From assembly GCA_016208765.1 (NCBI GenBank), contig JACQXK010000009.1:20819-84818 (forward strand): a stretch of 64,000 nt of DNA, given 5' to 3'. Origin of the DNA: Candidatus Omnitrophota bacterium. GTDB lineage: Bacteria > Omnitrophota > Gorgyraeia > Gygaellales > Profunditerraquicolaceae. Positions 57,416 to 64,000 of the stretch are shown here, in pieces (position 1 is the first letter of the stretch; every line of letters begins with the position of its first letter). The notes under the pieces were generated by a model that made no database searches, was not told the DNA's origin, and saw only the letters and a program-made list of their open reading frames with translations. The position numbers and the translations under genes were made by a program.

Positions 57416-60337
57416 ATGCATAGAAGAACCTCAAAAATCTTAGCTATAATTTTGTCGTTTATCTTAATCTTCCAACAGTCTGGCTTTGCCCAGATTGCTG
57501 CTCAACTGGATATTGCTGGGTATTTTATCTCTCTTCAGAACGGTGTAGCCCAAGATAGATTCCGTCCTTTGCATTTACGGTATCTTCACTACAGCCCCGA
57601 AGAGAATAACTTCAGGCTCCTTTTAGACAAGGGCAATATTAAGGACCTAAAAGACCCCAACGTAGAGCAGGCCACCAAAGAGCTGTTGAATTACTTCTTT
57701 ATAGGCGTTACTCTCCCTAATGATTCCTTCTGGGTAAACCTAAGACCAGACTCCCCAGATAACATCATTGATCCGTGGCTTGCCCAGACCGACGTAGGTC
57801 GTATCCTTCTTGAAGCAGACCTGCAACTAAAGAAAGACACCGCCCTTTATACCTCGCCCCAAACCCCCGAAGGTAGGGAATACTGGGATAAACTCTATAG
57901 GAAAGCAGGAGAACTCTTCGGGTTGGATAATGTAACTATTCCTACACTTACTCGCCCTTGGATAGTGCCAGATGAAATCATCGTCCGAGAAACCCAAGAC
58001 AACGCCTATATCTATAAAGCCACCCTTAAAGTAATGCTGGAGCAGGACTACCTCAAGGACCCAAGCACCCATAACTTCAATGACCAACGCTCCAAACAAC
58101 TCAATGAATATTCCTCACAACTTATCCGAGACCGTATCATCCCCAAACTCGCCAAGGAAGTAAATACCTCTAAGCGTTATGCTCCTTTAAGGCAGGTTTA
58201 CTATTCTTTAATCCTCGCTCAATGGTTTAAGCAACAGTTTGCTGGCAAGAATACCACTTACTCTTCGCTCATTGACCGTAGAAACCTTGCTGGTCTTACC
58301 TCCCAACAAACCTGGTCTAAGACTACTTACTTTCAAGAATACCAAAAATCCTTTAAGGATGGCGAATATAATATCAAAGAGCAAATCTATACGCCCTCTG
58401 GTCAGACAATAAGAAGTTACTTTTCAGGGGGGATTGCCGTAACTACAAAAACGATTACTGCTGCTAAAGTATCCTCACCCGCAGGTGAGCCACTGGTAGT
58501 CCCAAATTATACGAAGGAAGTTTTAGCGTCTGGCACACCAGAGAGGCTTGACATAAGATTAGAAAGTAAGCAGCCACCTGATGGTAGAGCCAGCGAACTT
58601 TTTGCCAAAGATGAAAAACCATATTTCGTTATAGTAAACAAAAAAGATTACTTTGGCAAATTTACTGAAACTGCTGTTAATGTTTTGATGGCATTAAAGG
58701 AGGCAATTGAAATACCTAGTGATAAGCGAGCAAGTAGAATATCATTAATAGTTAAGAAATACGGGTTTAATGAACAATTGAGTAGCCATTTTAGTGAGGG
58801 TGTGAAGGGAACATCTATGAGAGGGGGCGATTCTTCACAGGAGGGATTTTCTTTTGAAGCAGTAAGGTCTGTATGTTCTATTCTTACTTATTATTATCCA
58901 GAGTTTGCCGATATAAGAGCTGAATATGATGTTATTAGTGAAATTGCTTTAGCTAGTGGAATGCCGATAAACAAGGAATTAAAAAATAGACTACAGAAAG
59001 TTATGGAATACTTGGAAATAGTATTGTCTGGAAAGGAAGACCCAGGCACCGTATATGACAAGCTTCAGAATGAACTGACAGAAGATAATACTTATACGGT
59101 TATTTTGCTCCTAAAATGGTGTGGCAATGTTGCAGAACTAGACAACTATCCAAATGAACAGCAAAAAGCAAGAGTATTTCTGAAATATTTTACCGGAAGG
59201 TATCTCAATGAGTATAAAGATGTATTAGATGCTTTTGCAGATTTTGTTTTTGGTAAAGTCGCGACTGCTCAAAGCAGGGTTTCTCATTTTGGGGGAGATG
59301 AGAGCGTTAAGGTAGCTATAATGCTGACAGGAGCACAGCAATTGGGGAATTGGTTAAAGGCAAAAGCACAAGCTTCAGGAAAGAAAATTGTTTTTAAGGA
59401 ATTACTATTGACAATGGCAATGGTAAATTCTCTTGAGTATTTTGTAGATACGGATACAGTATTTTTAACGCAACAATCAGAAGAGTTTATGCGTAGATAT
59501 TTGTCAGAAAGCGGTATATTAACAAGCGAAACCAAACACGTAGTTTTTGTTGACACTGGCTTTAAGGGGTCACTAAACCAATTCATGCATAGAGACCTTA
59601 GAGATAGAAACATTGGAGAAGACTTTCTATTGTTAGGTCAGTTTGCTTCATCTTTCCAAGAATATCTTGCCTCTGGATTAAATAAACAAAGCGGTTGGCA
59701 GGGTGATGAAAAAAGACTACGTAGATTCATCTTTGTTATGGATGATGGCTTTGAGGCATCTACGACTTCCGCAGTGCGATTCCACGATGGAATACAAGTT
59801 ACTGTTGCTTCTACGCCTCGTCCTTGGTTTTGCGCGTTAGTAAAAAACGAGATAGAAAAATTAGCAGGAGTAATGCCAGAGAGACCTGCTACTGATTTGC
59901 CACAAACCAATTCTGATTCTCAAGCATCTTCTGTTGTTGGTGGTATTGATTTCCGTAACCTACCTATCGTTACGCAGGCAATAACTAACTTAAAATTAAG
60001 CTCCTCTTCGGCTATGTCTATGGTTAAGCTACAAGATATTAACCTTAATCAGGAGTTAGGGGATATCCAAAAGACGGTAGAAGCCGGAATTGTCCCCTCT
60101 ACAGATAGAATCAAGGAGTATGTTGCCAGATCTTGCCTTAAAGGAAATTTAGACGCCCAGAAAGTCGTCTCTTGCATTGCCAATATGCTAAGGCTAGAAG
60201 AAGAACATTGCGTTTCAACCGACCCAATGTTACGAGATATCTTAGTTGTGCTTGAGTCAAACAGGTCTCTGGAAAGTCTTAGGGCTATTTTTGTGGATGC
60301 TAAGCCAGAAAAACAACAAACATTTCTTCTACCTTAA
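57416..60337 (+). CDS. Large exported modular hypothetical protein with GGIDF motif
   Basis: 973-aa ORF, signal peptide, helical N-domain ending YFSGGI, distinct middle region, SSVVGGIDF before the C-terminal domain. Confidence 0.8.
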   Translation: MHRRTSKILAIILSFILIFQQSGFAQIAAQLDIAGYFISLQNGVAQDRFRPLHLRYLHYSPEENNFRLLLDKGNIKDLKDPNVEQATKELLNYFFIGVTLPNDSFWVNLRPDSPDNIIDPWLAQTDVGRILLEADLQLKKDTALYTSPQTPEGREYWDKLYRKAGELFGLDNVTIPTLTRPWIVPDEIIVRETQDNAYIYKATLKVMLEQDYLKDPSTHNFNDQRSKQLNEYSSQLIRDRIIPKLAKEVNTSKRYAPLRQVYYSLILAQWFKQQFAGKNTTYSSLIDRRNLAGLTSQQTWSKTTYFQEYQKSFKDGEYNIKEQIYTPSGQTIRSYFSGGIAVTTKTITAAKVSSPAGEPLVVPNYTKEVLASGTPERLDIRLESKQPPDGRASELFAKDEKPYFVIVNKKDYFGKFTETAVNVLMALKEAIEIPSDKRASRISLIVKKYGFNEQLSSHFSEGVKGTSMRGGDSSQEGFSFEAVRSVCSILTYYYPEFADIRAEYDVISEIALASGMPINKELKNRLQKVMEYLEIVLSGKEDPGTVYDKLQNELTEDNTYTVILLLKWCGNVAELDNYPNEQQKARVFLKYFTGRYLNEYKDVLDAFADFVFGKVATAQSRVSHFGGDESVKVAIMLTGAQQLGNWLKAKAQASGKKIVFKELLLTMAMVNSLEYFVDTDTVFLTQQSEEFMRRYLSESGILTSETKHVVFVDTGFKGSLNQFMHRDLRDRNIGEDFLLLGQFASSFQEYLASGLNKQSGWQGDEKRLRRFIFVMDDGFEASTTSAVRFHDGIQVTVASTPRPWFCALVKNEIEKLAGVMPERPATDLPQTNSDSQASSVVGGIDFRNLPIVTQAITNLKLSSSSAMSMVKLQDINLNQELGDIQKTVEAGIVPSTDRIKEYVARSCLKGNLDAQKVVSCIANMLRLEEEHCVSTDPMLRDILVVLESNRSLESLRAIFVDAKPEKQQTFLLP

Positions 60338-60515
60338 CCTCCAAACACATTGAATTAAATCCTTTGTAAGGGGAAAAATTTAGAGGGAGGGGGGTACAAA
60401 AAGAATATATCGGGGATTATGATTTCGTTGACGAGCCGTTGTTCTCGTAGTAATCTTTAATCGGATAGGATATTTGAAAAACAGCCTTTCGGGTAGTCCT
60501 CATGCTAGGGGCATA

Positions 60516-61451
60516 TTATTTCTCAACCTTACGTTTATCCTTAACGTAGTTACTTTTTCCGACATTTTTGGCGTAAGATTTTAAATCTGCGCCGATCTCA
60601 CCGATCTGAGCAACGTGCTCAATCTTTCGCGCCTGGTTAGTTACAACTCCTATAGAAATTGAAAGAAGCGGTATATTTTCTTCTTTTCCCTGCCGGTCAT
60701 GAGAAGTAATGAAGCCTTGTTTTCTGTCGGGCTCAGTATAAAAAGAAGGAACCTCTTTGTCAAAATCAGAAATGATCTTGTTACAAAGATTATCCGCATT
60801 TTCAAGAGAAGTGATAATTACGAAATCATCTCCTCCGATATGCCCGATAAAAACTTCCGGCCCGCCATATTCTTGGGCAGCGCGGATTAGTATTCTGGCA
60901 GTTTCCTTAATAACGTCATCTCCGTGGCGGAATCCGTATTTGTCGTTATAGGCCTTAAATTTATCCAGATCAATATAGCAAACTGCGAATTGTGTGCGGT
61001 TGTCAAGGCGCTGCTGCAGTTGGCTTAAAATAGAAACATTTCCCGGAAGCCGGGTTAATGGGTTTGCTTCAAGGTCGCGTTCAGTGCGCCTTAGCACCAT
61101 GCGGATGCGCGCCAGGAGCTCTTTTGGTTCAAAAGGCTTTACCACATAATCGTCTGCTCCGGCGTCAATTCCTCCTACCTTGTCGTTAATATCGCCTTTT
61201 CCTGTAACCATGATTACCGGGAGATGGCTTAATAAAAGGTCTTTTTTTATCAGGCGGCACACCTGCCTGCCGTCTATTTTTGGGATTTTATAATCCAGTA
61301 AAACCAGGTCCAGGGTTTTTGAATTGATGATCTTTAAGGCTTCCTCGCCGTCTTTTGCCTCCAGGATCTCGTAATTTTCCTCGGAGAGCGTAAGTTTTAG
61401 GACATCCCTGATATCCGCGTCATCGTCAACAATAAGTATGCGCACTGCCAT
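60516..61451 (-). CDS. Response regulator with GGDEF domain
   Basis: ILIVDDD, LLD, GADDYVVKPF; NPLTRLPGN, DLDKFK.YND.YG..GD, GHIGGDDF. Confidence 0.92.
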   Translation of the reverse strand: MAVRILIVDDDADIRDVLKLTLSEENYEILEAKDGEEALKIINSKTLDLVLLDYKIPKIDGRQVCRLIKKDLLLSHLPVIMVTGKGDINDKVGGIDAGADDYVVKPFEPKELLARIRMVLRRTERDLEANPLTRLPGNVSILSQLQQRLDNRTQFAVCYIDLDKFKAYNDKYGFRHGDDVIKETARILIRAAQEYGGPEVFIGHIGGDDFVIITSLENADNLCNKIISDFDKEVPSFYTEPDRKQGFITSHDRQGKEENIPLLSISIGVVTNQARKIEHVAQIGEIGADLKSYAKNVGKSNYVKDKRKVEK

Positions 61452-61465
61452 TCGGTTTCCTTTAT

Positions 61466-62953
61466 TTATGCTGGTAATGGTAAGGTGAAGCTAAAAGTTG
61501 ATCCGCTGCCAACCGTGCTTTTTACCCAGATCTTCCCCTGATGTGCCTCAATAATATGTTTTACTAATGATAGCCCAAGCCCAGTCCCTTTTGCCTCCTG
61601 ATTAATTGTATTATCCACTCGGTAAAATTCTTCAAAGATTTGTTGCTGCGCTTCGTGGGGCATTCCGCAACCGGTGTCACTGATATCTATTTGCACAGCG
61701 TTGCCTGATATTTTGGCATAAATATTAATTTTCCCGCCCTGAGGAGTAAATTTTAACGCGTTTCCTATAAGATTGATAAAGACGCGGTTAAGCTGCCCGC
61801 GGTCGGCAAATACCGCGTTTGCTTCTTTTGGGATTGTGTAGGAGAGCGCAATATTTTTTTCTTTCAGCTGCCCGGCTAAAAGGTCAAGGACCCTTCTTAA
61901 CAATTCCTCTAAATCAAAAGTTTCCTTTTTCATGTTCATTCTTCCGGCTTCAATCCGGGCGATATCCAAAAGGTCATTTACAAAATGCGTGAGTTCATCG
62001 CTGTGGCTGTTTATTTTCTCAAGCCTTTCTTGCACCTCAGGCGGGATTCCTCCTAATTTACCGGCGAGCAATATTGAGGCATATCCTTTAATTGAGGTAA
62101 GAGGGGTGCGTAATTCATGGGATACAGCTGAAACAAAATCTGTTTTTCGCTTGCTGATCATTTGGACTTCTTCAAGGGCCTTGGTTAGATCGTGCGTCCT
62201 TTCTTCAACCTTTCTTTCAAGCTGCTGCTGGGTGTGCCAGGTTTTTTCAAAAAGGCGGGCGTTATCAATTGCCTGTCCGATTTGATGCGCAAGCACTGTG
62301 ACCATTTCTTCGTCTCCCTCGCTGATTGCCATGTTGATATCGGTAGTGCCCATAAATAAAAATCCCCGGCTGCCACCGATAGGGGAAACAGAAGATATAA
62401 CAAAGGATATTACGTTAAAAACTTTATTAATTTTACTTTTTTCCTCTTGGCTAAGCGAAAGCGAAGAGACTGTTTTTTTGCTACTGAGTAACTCTAAATA
62501 TGCTTCTTGGTTTTCTTTAAGGTAAGACTGGATTGTTTCTAATTCTGCTTGCGAATAGCCGATGTTTGCCTGCTGCAGGAATGCTTTTTTTACAGGGTCC
62601 CATAAGAATGCGCAGGATTTCTCAAATCCAAAGTCCTCTATGCCGGTTGATTCAATGATCTTGAAAATCTTATTTTCTTCTAAGGTAGAAGAGATGGCGC
62701 GCGACATCCGCTGCAAGGCGTATAGGCTGGTGATCTTTTTGTCCAGTTCTTCCTGGGCCTTATTCAGTTCTATATCGGTGCGCAGGATCAATTTTGCCTG
62801 TTCGTCCATTTCATTAAGTGATTTTTTCAGGCCTTGGTTAGTTGCCTGAAGTTGTTTTAATTTTTCAAGCTTTAAGATGAGCAGGATCGCCAAAGCAGCT
62901 ATGCCGATTACCAGTAAAATATTTAGTATGCTGAATAAATTATCAAGTCCCAT
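61466..62953 (-). CDS. GAF-domain sensor histidine kinase
   Basis: N-terminal TM, GAF (AIDNARLF), VSHELRTPLT, NLIGNALKF, DTGCG, GTGLGL. Confidence 0.93.
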   Translation of the reverse strand: MGLDNLFSILNILLVIGIAALAILLILKLEKLKQLQATNQGLKKSLNEMDEQAKLILRTDIELNKAQEELDKKITSLYALQRMSRAISSTLEENKIFKIIESTGIEDFGFEKSCAFLWDPVKKAFLQQANIGYSQAELETIQSYLKENQEAYLELLSSKKTVSSLSLSQEEKSKINKVFNVISFVISSVSPIGGSRGFLFMGTTDINMAISEGDEEMVTVLAHQIGQAIDNARLFEKTWHTQQQLERKVEERTHDLTKALEEVQMISKRKTDFVSAVSHELRTPLTSIKGYASILLAGKLGGIPPEVQERLEKINSHSDELTHFVNDLLDIARIEAGRMNMKKETFDLEELLRRVLDLLAGQLKEKNIALSYTIPKEANAVFADRGQLNRVFINLIGNALKFTPQGGKINIYAKISGNAVQIDISDTGCGMPHEAQQQIFEEFYRVDNTINQEAKGTGLGLSLVKHIIEAHQGKIWVKSTVGSGSTFSFTLPLPA

Positions 62954-62956
62954 AGA

Positions 62957-64000
62957 TTAATTTTTTGTGCCGATACCTAAAATTGTAAAAGTCTGGCTGT
63001 GAAAATAACTGATCCCGTGATATCCTGCTGCAGTTAAAGGAGCCTGTTCTCCGAAAGTATACAAGCCGATTACAGGGGTATTTTCTCCTAAACTCTCCTT
63101 TACGATTTCTAATTCTCTATTAGCATCTCTTCCTAAGAGCATCAGTCTGGAGGCGGAATTAAATAATAGCGCAAAATGCGTCTGGCAATTTTTTAATTGT
63201 TCTTTTGCCTGATCTAAGGCCTGTTTAGTGGCCGAAAGCGCCGATTCTTTTGTGCCGATCATCAGCCGGACCTGGCTGTTTACAGGGACATCTCCCTGGC
63301 AAACACAGGACCCGTCGTCTCCTATTGCGATAATATTTCTAAGCAGGCATTCTTTTTCCCCTGCCAGTGTTATTCCAAGAGGGTAAAATATGGAGATGCG
63401 TTTTAATTCTGTTTTTAGCCTTGGAAGATCAAATCCAAGGTATTGCTGGTATGTGTCTGCAGCAGGCTTGCCGTCAATTTCGTAGACGGTGTTATCAACG
63501 GCCTTTGTGATATAACGGGGTTTGCCCAGTGTCTTCCAGCCGTGTTTTATGCCCAGCCCGAAATTTACCCTGCCCCCAAAAAGCAAGCCGCAGGCTCCAT
63601 TGTTAAAGACTTCCTGGTTGGCATAAACAAAAGTTTTTGAGAAATGAAAGTTATCGCTTGCAGATGCCCCAACTACGGGAAAACTTCTTCCGAGTTTTTC
63701 CTGCAGGCCGGTAATAAGCCCTTTTTTTTCTTTTATTATCCCGTCGGAGAAGATGACGCTTAAGTCTCTTTGTTTTCCTGCAAATCCAGAAAGCAATTTT
63801 TCGGCAAGTTCAAGGCCTCCGGCAACTCCGCCTTTCTGATCCATGTCCTTAACAAAGGCGTGATTAACAAATATTTCTTCAGGAAAATTAACCAGCATTA
63901 TTACGATGCCGTTTTTCCAGATACCTTGGTTAGAAATAACAGCAGCGCTGCTAGCCCCGATAACCGGAGTCGGGCCAAGAAGATTTGCTATAATTTTAGC
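62957..64000 (-). CDS. FIST-domain sensory protein (5' end outside window)
   Basis: FSDG, VVGASA, HGW, VYEIDGKPA, YPLG, GLYTFGEQAP; frame stays open to the window edge. Confidence 0.88.
   Translation of the reverse strand, partial: AKIIANLLGPTPVIGASSAAVISNQGIWKNGIVIMLVNFPEEIFVNHAFVKDMDQKGGVAGGLELAEKLLSGFAGKQRDLSVIFSDGIIKEKKGLITGLQEKLGRSFPVVGASASDNFHFSKTFVYANQEVFNNGACGLLFGGRVNFGLGIKHGWKTLGKPRYITKAVDNTVYEIDGKPAADTYQQYLGFDLPRLKTELKRISIFYPLGITLAGEKECLLRNIIAIGDDGSCVCQGDVPVNSQVRLMIGTKESALSATKQALDQAKEQLKNCQTHFALLFNSASRLMLLGRDANRELEIVKESLGENTPVIGLYTFGEQAPLTAAGYHGISYFHSQTFTILGIGTKN

Noticed and set aside
52340-60500. Intact integrative element or prophage at tRNA-Gln or tRNA-Leu
   Set aside because: No integrase, and no duplicated tRNA 3' end was spotted by eye.
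67-63640. Numerous 60-230 aa ORFs antisense to or nested in the main genes
   Set aside because: Shadow frames of well-supported genes, with no recognisable motifs.
1-64000. CRISPR array or cas genes
   Set aside because: No repeat-spacer periodicity seen; heptamer arrays have no spacers; no Cas-like ORFs.
60516-64000. FIST / histidine kinase / REC-GGDEF module with GGDDF variant as a novel system
   Set aside because: Common domain families and a frequently seen motif variant; nothing unusual visible.

Overview
64 kb of bacterial chromosome, mostly housekeeping genes on the + strand. Gene content and protein style suggest Candidatus Omnitrophota or a related lineage (inference, not verified). 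In order: trkH, pheST, probable 6S RNA, rarA, an EF-G with a ~330-aa membrane-anchor/coiled-coil extension, a UvrD helicase, a PyrR-attenuated pyr cluster (with a C-terminal half carB), a V/A-type ATPase operon, rny-ymdB, xseAB-dxs, a 2-oxoacid:ferredoxin oxidoreductase, gltX and five tRNAs. The accessory part from ~44.9 kb holds a minus-strand lipid operon (FabF, ACP fused to an alpha-oxoamine synthase, lipid kinase, reductase, UbiA), a RelBE-like pair, a speD-speE-dehydrogenase-SET operon, a modular 973-aa exported protein with a structured leader, and a FIST/histidine kinase/GGDEF module. The most unusual signals are the membrane-tethered EF-G, heptamer repeat arrays inserted in frame into loops of core enzymes, a sphingolipid-like/prenyltransferase operon, and two copies of a structured element with compensatory base changes. 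All calls come from reading the sequence by eye; no searches were run.
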